Source: Thermodesulfobacteriota bacterium
Lineage (GTDB): Bacteria > Desulfobacterota_D > UBA1144
Assembly (NCBI GenBank): GCA_036340075.1
Contig: JAYYZJ010000002.1
Location: 1-64,000 of the forward strand
Direction of reading: 5' to 3'
Length of the DNA stretch: 64,000 nucleotides
Made by a program: the position numbers and the translations under genes. Below are positions 22,880 to 32,000 of this stretch, one piece after another. The notes beneath the pieces were generated by a model. That model was not told the origin of the DNA, searched no databases, and worked only from the letters and a program-made list of their open reading frames with translations. The number at the start of each line of letters is the position of its first letter. The first letter of the stretch is position 1.

Positions 22880-23440
22880 TTATATTCTCTCTATCTGATT
22901 AAAATCTAAATCTATAGGTGTTGCTCTACCAAAAATTTCTACTAAAACCTGAACTTTCCCTTTGTCAATTTTAACTTCTTCTACTATACCTGTAAAACTT
23001 TCAAATGGTCCTTCAGTGACTTTTACAGACTCTCCTTTTTCAAAAACTACTTTTGGAGTAGGTTTTAAAGTTCCTTCTTGTATTTTATTTCTCATCTTAT
23101 CTATTTCTGATTCATCAACAGATGGTACAGAATTTGCTTCGAGTTTACCGTCTTTAATTTTACCGCCAACAAAACCAATAACTTTTGGTATCTCTTTTAA
23201 AAAATGCCAGGATTCTTCATTTAAATCTGTTTTTACTAGTATATAGCCCGGGAAAAATTTTTTTTCTGATCTTTTTTTCTTTCCACCTTTAACCTGCTCT
23301 TCTATAGTTTCAGTAGGAACTAAGATATCTTTTATCAAATCAGTACACTTATCCATCTCCATTTGATTTAAAATGTATTTTCTAACAGTATCTTCCGATC
23401 CAGTATTAACATGAACTACATACCATTTATCTGACATCAT
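22880..23440 (-). CDS. nusG: Transcription termination/antitermination factor NusG
   Basis: KWYVVH, FFPGYILV, KOW GPFESFTG, IFGRATP. Confidence 0.97.
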   Translation of the reverse strand: MMSDKWYVVHVNTGSEDTVRKYILNQMEMDKCTDLIKDILVPTETIEEQVKGGKKKRSEKKFFPGYILVKTDLNEESWHFLKEIPKVIGFVGGKIKDGKLEANSVPSVDESEIDKMRNKIQEGTLKPTPKVVFEKGESVKVTEGPFESFTGIVEEVKIDKGKVQVLVEIFGRATPIDLDFNQIERI

Positions 23441-23613
23441 TAACCACCTAATAAAAACTCTGTCAAAGAGGAAAAAATAAAATCAACTAAAAACAAAAAA
23501 ATTCCTAGAATAATTGTAACTACCACAACTCCGAGCGTTGACTTTATATTATCACTCTTATTTATCCAAGAGATTTTACCTAATTCTGATTTAATATCAT
23601 CAAAAAACTTCAT
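23440..23613 (-). CDS. secE: Preprotein translocase subunit SecE (57 aa)
   Basis: Not in the track. Reads MKFFDDIKSELGKISWINK followed by one TM helix; AGGAG SD; canonical position between tRNA-Trp and nusG. Confidence 0.92.
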   Translation of the reverse strand: MKFFDDIKSELGKISWINKSDNIKSTLGVVVVTIILGIFLFLVDFIFSSLTEFLLGG

Positions 23614-23627
23614 TTTTTCACTCCTAA

Positions 23628-23700
23628 CAGGGGTGGAGAGTCTCGAACTCCCGACCTACGGTTTTGGAGACCGTCGCTCTACCAGCTGAGCTACACCCCT
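23628..23700 (-). tRNA. tRNA-Trp(CCA), 3' CCA not encoded
   Basis: AGGGGTG/CACCCCT acceptor stem, anticodon loop CTCCAAA, TTCGA T-loop. Confidence 0.96.
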
Positions 23701-23860
23701 ATTTTGTCTCCTTGTGAACACAATGCTTCTTACAAAACTTGCAAAATTTCTTTAATTCTAATTTGTCCCTTTGGACTTTCTTGTTTTTTCTGTAGTGATA
23801 CCTACCTTTCCCATTACATTCGGTACATTCAAGTGCCACTACAACTATATTATCTCCCAT
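23699..23860 (-). CDS. rpmG: 50S ribosomal protein L33, zinc-binding (C+) form, 53 aa
   Basis: Not in the track. MGDNIVVVALECTEC...KLELKKFCKFCKKHCVHKETK; GAGG SD. Confidence 0.95.
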   Translation of the reverse strand: MGDNIVVVALECTECNGKGRYHYRKNKKVQRDKLELKKFCKFCKKHCVHKETK

Positions 23861-23910
23861 TTTACCTCTTCCTTTGAATAAAAATCATACTTCTTTTTCA
23901 ACTAATTAAA

Positions 23911-23982
<72 letters not shown>

Positions 23983-23988
23983 AACAAA

Positions 23989-24062
23989 AGCGGGAAACGG
24001 GACTCGAACCCGCGACCCTCTGCTTGGAAGGCAGATGCTCTAGCCAACTGAGCTACTCCCGC
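23989..24062 (-). tRNA. tRNA-Gly(TCC), no encoded CCA
   Basis: GCGGGAG/TTCCCGC acceptor stem, loop CTTCCAA, GGTTCGAGTCC. Confidence 0.95.
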
Positions 24063-24075
24063 ACTCTTGTTAATT

Positions 24076-24158
24076 TGGGGATAGATGGATTCGAACCACC
24101 GTAGGCTTGCGCCGTCAGATTTACAGTCTGATGCATTTGTCCACTCTGCCATATCCCC
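24076..24158 (-). tRNA. tRNA-Tyr(GTA), no encoded CCA
   Basis: GGGGATA/TATCCCC acceptor stem, TCAGA-CTGTAAA-TCTGA anticodon arm, long variable arm. Confidence 0.95.
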
Positions 24159-24160
24159 AT

Positions 24161-24232
24161 AGCTGGCGAAGGGATTTGAACCCCCGACCGGCTGATTACA
24201 AATCAGCTGCTCTACCACTGAGCTACGCCAGC
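24161..24232 (-). tRNA. tRNA-Thr(TGT), no encoded CCA
   Basis: GCTGGCG/CGCCAGC acceptor stem, loop TTTGTAA, GGTTCAAATCC. Confidence 0.95.
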
Positions 24233-24248
24233 AAAATCATAAAGCCGT

Positions 24249-24277
24249 ATATTAACATAGTAGTAAAACCGTTTCAA
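24249..24277 (-). promoter_or_regulatory. Putative sigma70 promoter for the tRNA/rpmG/secE cluster
   Basis: TTGAAA-N17-TAATAT with a TG extension, 16 nt upstream of tRNA-Thr(TGT). Confidence 0.65.
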
Positions 24278-24288
24278 TGAATCTGAGA

Positions 24289-24729
24289 TTAATCAGTAGA
24301 TAAGACAGTAGCTGTTATTTCAGCTTGTACTATCAACTTTTCATCTTTGTAAGCATTTGCTGAAATCTTAAAAATATTTAGTTTTTTTTTGAGCAAAAAA
24401 GCTTCTATAAGTAAGGCTTCGTCAGGGAATGTTGGTGATTTGAATTTAGCCTTATCTATCCCAACCAAGGCAGGTGCTTTTCCAAGTAAATCATCCTCAA
24501 ATGACTTATAAATCAAAACACCTCCTACTTGTGCCATAGCTTCCAAGATGATTACTCCTGGAACTACAGGATTGTCTGGAAAATGACCTTGAAAAAAATA
24601 GCTATTTTTATCAAAAGTAGACATAGCTTTTATATATTCTGATTCTTTAAGCTCGACTACTTCATCAACAAACAGAAAAGGATCTCTGTGAGGAAGATAT
24701 TTTTTTATTTCTTCTTTTGATAAAACCAT
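24289..24729 (-). CDS. fabZ: 3-hydroxyacyl-ACP dehydratase FabZ
   Basis: LPHRDPFLFVD, FFQGHFP..PVVPGV.ILEAMAQ. Confidence 0.97.
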   Translation of the reverse strand: MVLSKEEIKKYLPHRDPFLFVDEVVELKESEYIKAMSTFDKNSYFFQGHFPDNPVVPGVIILEAMAQVGGVLIYKSFEDDLLGKAPALVGIDKAKFKSPTFPDEALLIEAFLLKKKLNIFKISANAYKDEKLIVQAEITATVLSTD

Positions 24730-24734
24730 AAGAA

Positions 24735-25253
24735 TTACTTATTCATTCTTTCTAAAACTTTATCAGTTATATCTAATTCTGTATTCAAGAACATTAGACC
24801 TGGGGCTTCATTAGAAAAAACTAAATCGTATCCTAATTGTTCAGCAACAACTTTAACTTCAGAACCTAACAACCTTAAAATATCTCTTTGGAAACGAGAA
24901 TCAGCAATTCTAACCTCAAGCTCAAAATCCTCTCTCTTACGTTTTAGCTCATTAGCTTTGTATGCTAACTCTTCTTCCTTCTCGTCTCTTTTTCTTTCTT
25001 CTAATACTAATTTTTGTTCATTAAATGAGTTTCTTTTTGCATTAAATTGCTCACTAAGTTTATTCAATAAAGATTGTTTCTTTTCTATATTCGATCGAGC
25101 TTTCTTTATATAGTTTTGGCCCAACTTTGATTCTCTAAGTATCCTCTGGAAATCAACTGTGGCAACTTTAATTTGTTCAGGAGTTGCTGCTGCATCTATT
25201 GTGCTAAAAGCAAATCCGAATATTAATAAAAAAATAAATAATATTTTTTTCAT
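24735..25253 (-). CDS. skp: OmpH/Skp periplasmic chaperone
   Basis: Signal peptide, KVATVDFQRIL, coiled coil, C-terminal DITDKVL; lies downstream of bamA. Confidence 0.9.
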   Translation of the reverse strand: MKKILFIFLLIFGFAFSTIDAAATPEQIKVATVDFQRILRESKLGQNYIKKARSNIEKKQSLLNKLSEQFNAKRNSFNEQKLVLEERKRDEKEEELAYKANELKRKREDFELEVRIADSRFQRDILRLLGSEVKVVAEQLGYDLVFSNEAPGLMFLNTELDITDKVLERMNK

Positions 25254-25278
25254 ATTAATTCTCCTTTTCTTTTATAAG

Positions 25279-27576
25279 CTAGAATAATGAGCCTATAGAA
25301 AATTGTACTTCGTATTTTGATTCTCCTGATCTTCTTTTTCCAAGTGGAAAACCAAAATCTAATTTTAAAGGACCCATAGGAGATAGCCATCTAAAACCAA
25401 AACCTGCATCCTTTCTCATATCATATGGATTATAATCTATATTTTTCTTTTCGTCATATGTTTCTCCAACATCTACAAACAAAATACCTTTTAAGCCTGT
25501 TTCTATTGCTAATGGATAAAGATACTCTAAAGAACTGTAAACATACTTGTTTCCACCAATTCTAACAAAATTTCCATTAGACAAAAATCTTCTTGGTGAA
25601 ACTCTTGCATATTTATAACCTCGTAAATTGTCAGGTCCACCCAAATAAAATCTCTCACTAACTACAATTTTGCTTCCCATGTTTCTGAAATCTATAAAAG
25701 CACCTTCAATTGAATAAGCTATAGTGTGATGTTTTTTTATAGACCAATATTTTGCGAAATCAGCTGTATATTTAGTAAATTCTAAATTGGCTCCTAATAC
25801 TTCATTAGATTCTTCAACATTTGCCCCTGTCGTCATACCTCTAGAAGTATCAACAAAGTTATCTCTTGTATCATAAAGTAACCCTAGGTTAATAGAACTA
25901 ATTTTATCTGTACCTTTTTGAAAAATTTCATTCGCATTAAGCTTTAAATCATCGATTGTAATGTTCTCATATCTATATGCTAGATTCGCAAATGTAAAAT
26001 AATTTAGAGATTTTCCGAATTTAACTCTTCCTCCCCATGAATCTCTATCATAATCAACATAGTCAAATAGTTTTTTGAATGCAACCAAACCAAATTGATA
26101 TTTAGTATCGAAAAAATATGGATCATTGTAATTGACATAGAAGTTTTTACTTAATCCACCGACGGTTGCGGAAGCTCCTAATTGTTTACCGTATCCCCAT
26201 AGATTGTTCTCTTGAATATTTGCACCAAACATTATCGTCTCAGCAGAACTATAACCTCCTGAAATAGCAAAATAGCCTGTTGATTTCTCTTCTACTTCAA
26301 TATTTAAATCAAGATAATTTTGTTTATCCGTGGCTGGTTTTTCAGTTATTTCAACCTTTTCAAAATAACCATTTCGATTAATCCTGCTTTTCGATGCTTT
26401 GATTGCCGAATAAGAATAATCATCATCTTCATTTACTTGAACTTCTCTTCTAATAACTTTGTCTCTAGTTCTTGTGTTACCTGAAATATTTATCAAGTTA
26501 ATTTTATATTTCTCACCTTTTTCTATTTCGTATTCCACATGTACCAAACGTTGTTCATTGTCCCTTTTAATATTTGGATTAACGTTTACGAAAGCATATG
26601 ATTTATTACCATAAACTTTGTTTAATGCTTCTATGTCTTCATTTAAAATTTTAGTACTAAAATATTCTGAATCATCTAATTTAATCTTTTTAAGTAGGAC
26701 TTCTTCTTCTTCGATTAAATCACCTTGTAGAGAAATTTTTCCGGCTTTATAACGATCTCCCTGTCTAGCCTTAAAGATGACTTTATATCCATCTTTTTCT
26801 TCTATGTATTCAATCTTTGATTGATCTGTTTTTGCATCAATATATCCTTTTTCAAGTAAGAATTGTCTTATATTGTTTTCGTCTAATTCAACTAAGCCAG
26901 TTGATAACCTTCCTCTCCCGGTAATAGGAGAGAAAAACCATTTTTCTTGTGTTTCCAATCTTTTAATAAGCTCTGGTGCATATTCGGAATCAATACCAAT
27001 AAACTTAATTCCTTTAACGTAGCCCCTTCTTCCTTCTACCACTCTTATTTCATATTGAATTTTAGATTCTCCAATTGGAACTATGTTATCAGTAACAACA
27101 ACTTTATTAAATCCTTTAAAGCGATAAAAACTTTCTACTATTGAACGAGAAACTTCTAAATCTTTTCTGCTAATTATTTTTCCTTCTTCTAAATTAAGAG
27201 CTTGCATTAAATCATCTGTTGTTATCTTGTCATTTCCCTTTATTCGAAAATCAGCTAGAATTGGATTCTCTTCTAATCTAAACAATATGTCTATCCCATT
27301 CTTGGTTTTTGTTGTCAGAATATCAATCTTATAGAAAAATCCTGTATCATAAAGACTTTTAATATCTTTTTTTATTTTTTCTGAATCATATTTTTCTCCA
27401 ATTTTTGATACAAGATATTGTTGTATCTTTTCATTTACAACAATTTTATTTCCATAGAAATCAATATTGGCAATTACGTCTGAATTATTAGTAGTCTCAA
27501 TAGATTTAACATCTTGTGTGTAAACAGAGATAAAAGCAAAATTGACAATAATTAATATGAATAAGAAGCGTTTCAA
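25279..27576 (-). CDS. bamA: Outer membrane protein assembly factor BamA
   Basis: POTRA repeats, GNTRTRDKVIRRE, FYLGG..NLRGY, WLSPMGPL, terminal Phe. Confidence 0.96.
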   Translation of the reverse strand: MKRFLFILIIVNFAFISVYTQDVKSIETTNNSDVIANIDFYGNKIVVNEKIQQYLVSKIGEKYDSEKIKKDIKSLYDTGFFYKIDILTTKTKNGIDILFRLEENPILADFRIKGNDKITTDDLMQALNLEEGKIISRKDLEVSRSIVESFYRFKGFNKVVVTDNIVPIGESKIQYEIRVVEGRRGYVKGIKFIGIDSEYAPELIKRLETQEKWFFSPITGRGRLSTGLVELDENNIRQFLLEKGYIDAKTDQSKIEYIEEKDGYKVIFKARQGDRYKAGKISLQGDLIEEEEVLLKKIKLDDSEYFSTKILNEDIEALNKVYGNKSYAFVNVNPNIKRDNEQRLVHVEYEIEKGEKYKINLINISGNTRTRDKVIRREVQVNEDDDYSYSAIKASKSRINRNGYFEKVEITEKPATDKQNYLDLNIEVEEKSTGYFAISGGYSSAETIMFGANIQENNLWGYGKQLGASATVGGLSKNFYVNYNDPYFFDTKYQFGLVAFKKLFDYVDYDRDSWGGRVKFGKSLNYFTFANLAYRYENITIDDLKLNANEIFQKGTDKISSINLGLLYDTRDNFVDTSRGMTTGANVEESNEVLGANLEFTKYTADFAKYWSIKKHHTIAYSIEGAFIDFRNMGSKIVVSERFYLGGPDNLRGYKYARVSPRRFLSNGNFVRIGGNKYVYSSLEYLYPLAIETGLKGILFVDVGETYDEKKNIDYNPYDMRKDAGFGFRWLSPMGPLKLDFGFPLGKRRSGESKYEVQFSIGSLF

Positions 27577-28226
27577 TTTATTTTTCCATTATTTAATTCA
27601 TATACAATCTTAGTTTTTTTATAAACTTTATGGTCATGAGTTGCCATTATTATAGTTGTTTTATTTTTATCATTCAAATCCGCTAGATGTTCTACTAATT
27701 TTATTGCATTTATTTCATCAAGATTTGAGGTTGGTTCGTCAGCTATTAGTACTTCTGGGTTTAAAACTAGCGCTCTGCATAGCAATATTCTTTGTCTTTC
27801 TCCAGAGGATAAAGATATAGGTTTTTTCTCTAATAAATCATTAATTTTTGCAAAATTCACTAATTCTTCAAATTTCTCATTCCCCTTAGAAGCAAAACCA
27901 TTGATATACAAAGGTAGTAAAATATTATCCTTAACTGATAAATCTGGTACAAGTTGACTTAATTCGGACATAATTCCTATTTTACTTCTAAAACTAATCA
28001 GCTGATTGTAATTTGAGAATATTTCGAAATTGTTTTTATCTAAAAAATTGTAGTCCCCTGAATTTTGCTTTGATATTAATGATAAAATATTCAACAAAGT
28101 TGATTTACCAGATCCTGATGGTCCAATAATTGATACAAATTCTCCTTTATTGATTTTTAAAATTACTTTATCTAAAATCATTTTTTTACCAAATTGTTTA
28201 CATAAATTTTTAACTTCTATAATCAT
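27573..28226 (-). CDS. lolD: LolD-like ABC ATPase (lipoprotein release)
   Basis: GPSGSGKST, LSSGERQR, ADEPTSNLD, ATHD; conserved lysS-lolC-lolD-bamA order. Confidence 0.8.
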   Translation of the reverse strand: MIIEVKNLCKQFGKKMILDKVILKINKGEFVSIIGPSGSGKSTLLNILSLISKQNSGDYNFLDKNNFEIFSNYNQLISFRSKIGIMSELSQLVPDLSVKDNILLPLYINGFASKGNEKFEELVNFAKINDLLEKKPISLSSGERQRILLCRALVLNPEVLIADEPTSNLDEINAIKLVEHLADLNDKNKTTIIMATHDHKVYKKTKIVYELNNGKIN

Positions 28227-28227
28227 A

Positions 28228-29382
28228 TCAGGACTCTCTCCTAACAAGTGATTCTAAATCTTTATTAAGTAAAAACATTGATGGCAAAAAAGAAGATATT
28301 GCTATTACAAGCAATGAGAAAATAGTTATTTGAATAAAATAATCAGGATAAAGAATTATTGGAAAACCATCTATTTGATAAAAGGAAATATCAATTGATA
28401 GCTTATTCATTAAATCTGTTCTCAGCAGTACGAAAATTGCTAAAGCTGCAAGCAATAATCCAATGATTACACCAATGAACCCAACTAGTAATCCTATGAT
28501 TGTAAAAATTAATATCAGAGATTTCTTTTTGGAACCAAGCAATAACAGTGTTCCGATTTCTTTTTTCTTTTGTGTTATCAAGCTAACCATATTCGAGTAT
28601 ATAGTCGTAGCAGAAATAAGTATCAAGAAAGACAAAAAAATAGCTAAAGATAATCTTTCAAGATTCATCAATTTGAATAAACTAGAATTTATAGTTTGCC
28701 AGTCAACTATTTTAAATTTTAAATGGCTATACTTTTTTAAAATTAATTCTTTTACTTTCTTAGAATCAAAAGGGTTAATTAGAAATATTTCTAAGAAAGA
28801 TTTTCCATCTTTATTAAAGAATTTGTAATAGTCATTTTCAGTGAAAATCTTATCAAAATTATTATCCGGCTCACTTATAATACCGACAATAATGCCTTCA
28901 ATATTTTTTATTCTAGTTATTTTTTTTGACAAATCAGGCAATAGTAATTGTATCTTGTCTCCTATATCTTTTTTATGTTGAGAAGCAAACTCGTCAGTTA
29001 TATTTATTGGAATCTGATTCTTTTTTAAAATTCTAATATTATTGCTGTTAACAATCTTATTTCTTCCTTTGATTTGTACGATTTTAAATTCTTCTTTATC
29101 AACAACCCCTGAATAATATTCAAAAGTTCTACTAAAAGATTTTATTCCATTTATTTCTTTGAGATTAATTGGCTCTTCCGAATCTATTATAATGTGTGGG
29201 AAACTCTGTATGATTTTTTCTTTTACTTTAACTTCAAAACCCTTCATCACAGAAAGTACTAAGATTAAAGAAAAAACTGAAATCGCTATTGCGCTAATAG
29301 AAATAAAAGCTGGAATAGAATTTTGTTTTGAATTAAAAATGTTTTTTAAATAATTTAGTATTATAAGCTTCTCATATTTCAT
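28228..29382 (-). CDS. LolC/E-family (FtsX-like) permease
   Basis: LSVMKGF, PHI, DWQ..N..LF, KKKEIGTL..LG; 4 TM topology; context. Confidence 0.82.
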   Translation of the reverse strand: MKYEKLIILNYLKNIFNSKQNSIPAFISISAIAISVFSLILVLSVMKGFEVKVKEKIIQSFPHIIIDSEEPINLKEINGIKSFSRTFEYYSGVVDKEEFKIVQIKGRNKIVNSNNIRILKKNQIPINITDEFASQHKKDIGDKIQLLLPDLSKKITRIKNIEGIIVGIISEPDNNFDKIFTENDYYKFFNKDGKSFLEIFLINPFDSKKVKELILKKYSHLKFKIVDWQTINSSLFKLMNLERLSLAIFLSFLILISATTIYSNMVSLITQKKKEIGTLLLLGSKKKSLILIFTIIGLLVGFIGVIIGLLLAALAIFVLLRTDLMNKLSIDISFYQIDGFPIILYPDYFIQITIFSLLVIAISSFLPSMFLLNKDLESLVRRES

Positions 29383-30848
29383 TCATTTCTCATATGCGGG
29401 AACAAAATAACATCTCTAATCGATGCACTATTGGTTAGAAGCATAACTAATCTATCTATTCCTATACCTGCACCTACAGTTGGGGGCATGCCATATCTTA
29501 ATGCGTTAATATAATCTTCATCCATATCATTAGCTTCTTCGTCACCCTTTTCCTTTTGTTTCATTTGCTGCTCAAATCTTTCTAATTGATCGTCTGGATC
29601 ATTAAGCTCAGAAAATGCATTTGCTATTTCTTTTTCATTAATAAATAATTCGAACCGATCTGCTATTCTATTGTCTTCATTGTTTCTTCTAGCTAAAGGG
29701 GAAACATCTATAGGAAAACCATATACAAATACTGGATTTATATGATTTTGAAAGAATTTTGTTTCGAAAATTTCTGTTATAGCTCTACCCGGGATTTCAA
29801 AATGATTGATTTTCATTTTGTCTGCTTCGGATAATATCTTTTTTTCTTCCGATAGAACATCAAAACCAAGATCCTTGGAAAGCCACTCAATCATATGAAC
29901 TCTTTCCCATGGTCCTTTAAAATCAATAACATTGTCTTGATAATTAATTTTCTTGTTTTTGGAAATTAGCTTCACACAGTCTAAAATTAATTCTTCTATA
30001 AAATTCATCATCTCTTGATAATCTGAATAAGCTTGATAAAGCTCAATCATAGTAAATTCTGGATTATGTTGCGTAGAGATTCCTTCGTTTCTAAAATTCC
30101 TACCTATCTCAAAAACCTTTTCGATTCCTCCTATAACCAATCTTTTTAGATATAATTCTGGTGCAATCCTTAATATTAATTCCATATCAAGTGTATTATG
30201 GTGAGTTCTAAATGGTTTTGCAGCAGCCCCTCCTGCAACATTATGCAATAAAGGTGTCTCTACTTCTGTAAAATCTTTAGAAGACATGAAGTTTCTTATT
30301 TGATTTATTATCTTTGATCTTAAAAGAAATATTTCTTTCACGCTTTCATTTGCTATTAAATCTACATATCTTTGTCTATATCTAGTCTCAACATTGGTTA
30401 AACCATGCCATTTTTCTGGTAAAGAATTAAGCGATTTTGTTAACATTATTAGATCATTTGCTTCGATCGATAATTCGTTAGTTTTAGTAAAAAAACATGG
30501 TCCAACAATTCCAATAAAGTCTCCTATGTCAACAAACTTTTTAAAGAAATCCATTTTTTCTTTTCCAGCAGTATCATTAGAAATAAAGATTTGGAATTTG
30601 TTTTGATTATCAATAATTTTTATAAAAGCTGATTTCCCAAAACTTCTTATTGCGACAACACGGCCGGCAATATTGTAATTTATATTATCAGACTTAAAAC
30701 TTGATTTATCTTGATTCTTATATTTGTCATTAATTTCTTTTACAGTGACAGTCGGACGAAATATGTTTGTATAAGGATCTATTTTAAGTTCTCTTAATAA
30801 TTTTACTTTTTCTCGTCTTTTTTCTATATATTCATTATCTATTGTCAT
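29379..30848 (-). CDS. lysS: Lysine--tRNA ligase (class II)
   Basis: LPEKWHGL, RYRQRY, GGAAAKPF, RIAPELYLK, FRNEG, HNPEFT, GIGIDR. Confidence 0.98.
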   Translation of the reverse strand: MTIDNEYIEKRREKVKLLRELKIDPYTNIFRPTVTVKEINDKYKNQDKSSFKSDNINYNIAGRVVAIRSFGKSAFIKIIDNQNKFQIFISNDTAGKEKMDFFKKFVDIGDFIGIVGPCFFTKTNELSIEANDLIMLTKSLNSLPEKWHGLTNVETRYRQRYVDLIANESVKEIFLLRSKIINQIRNFMSSKDFTEVETPLLHNVAGGAAAKPFRTHHNTLDMELILRIAPELYLKRLVIGGIEKVFEIGRNFRNEGISTQHNPEFTMIELYQAYSDYQEMMNFIEELILDCVKLISKNKKINYQDNVIDFKGPWERVHMIEWLSKDLGFDVLSEEKKILSEADKMKINHFEIPGRAITEIFETKFFQNHINPVFVYGFPIDVSPLARRNNEDNRIADRFELFINEKEIANAFSELNDPDDQLERFEQQMKQKEKGDEEANDMDEDYINALRYGMPPTVGAGIGIDRLVMLLTNSASIRDVILFPHMRNE

Positions 30849-31989
30849 AAACAATTTCCTTGTGTAGCTTTTTTGTTAAAAAGAAAAAACCTATTGTTAC
30901 TATTATACTACAAGAAAGAAACATAACTTTGAATGAATAAAGCTCAGCAACTAATCCGTAAATAATTGAAAATATCATACCACCTAACGTAAAAGATACG
31001 CTACATATAGAAAATGATTTTGCTTTGTTTTCTTCCTCTGAAAACATTAAAGCTAATGAATACAAGGAAGGATAGACTAAAGCATGCGAAAAACCGAAAA
31101 TTGCACCAGATATTAAAAAGGCCCAAAAACTGTCAGAAAGTGAAAGAATAAATATTGAAAAACCATAAATTAATAAAAAGGGATGCAAAATTCTACTTGG
31201 ACCATACTTATCTGGAAGCCAGCCAAAGAATATTCTCATAATCAAAGCTATTCCAGTATAAGCAATAAAAAAAGTGGTAATTGGAACAATATTAAAGGAA
31301 TCTGCAAAAACTGCTGCAAAATTCAAACATGTTAGAAAGGATCCACCTATTAGAAACATTATAGAGTAAATAAGAATGAATTTATTATCTTTGAAAGTTA
31401 TTAAGAAATTAAACTCTTTTATTTTATCTTCTTTTTTATTTTTTTCTGTTGTAATCATTAAAGCAATTAAAAAAGAAGCGAAAGATGCAAAAGCTGTAGT
31501 CATAAAAAAGAAATCATATGAAAAATATTTAATAATTTCTGCTGAAACAGTAGGTGCAAGTGCATGATTAAGTATCGCAAATACACCTAAAAAACCTAGA
31601 GCTTGTGTTTGATTTTCCTTGTTAGTACTCTCAGCAACAAGAGTACCAGCGGAAACAAAGAAGAAAGAAAAACAGCATCCTTGCAAAAATCTTAAAAATA
31701 AATATGAATAATATAAATTATCAAAAAAAGTAAACGAAAAATTAGTAAAACCTAAGACTAAGCTTCCTAAAAGAAGTAAATATTTCTTTTTATAAATATC
31801 TCCTAAAATGCCAGATAATGGAGTCAACAGTATGGTGCTTACTCCAGCAATAGACATTATAAAGCCAATGTCGAATTCACTACCTCCTAACTCAACAATT
31901 CTTAATGGTAAAATCAAGAATGAATGAAAAGAGTAAAAGAAAAAGAATGTTGAAATAGTTATCAATAGAAGGTTTCTAGTAAGTTTCAA
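30835..31989 (-). CDS. MFS transporter
   Basis: About 12 TM segments; motif-A-like GILGDIYKKK and GWLPDKYG. Confidence 0.85.
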   Translation of the reverse strand: MKLTRNLLLITISTFFFFYSFHSFLILPLRIVELGGSEFDIGFIMSIAGVSTILLTPLSGILGDIYKKKYLLLLGSLVLGFTNFSFTFFDNLYYSYLFLRFLQGCCFSFFFVSAGTLVAESTNKENQTQALGFLGVFAILNHALAPTVSAEIIKYFSYDFFFMTTAFASFASFLIALMITTEKNKKEDKIKEFNFLITFKDNKFILIYSIMFLIGGSFLTCLNFAAVFADSFNIVPITTFFIAYTGIALIMRIFFGWLPDKYGPSRILHPFLLIYGFSIFILSLSDSFWAFLISGAIFGFSHALVYPSLYSLALMFSEEENKAKSFSICSVSFTLGGMIFSIIYGLVAELYSFKVMFLSCSIIVTIGFFFLTKKLHKEIVYDNR

Positions 31990-32000
31990 TTTAATTACAC

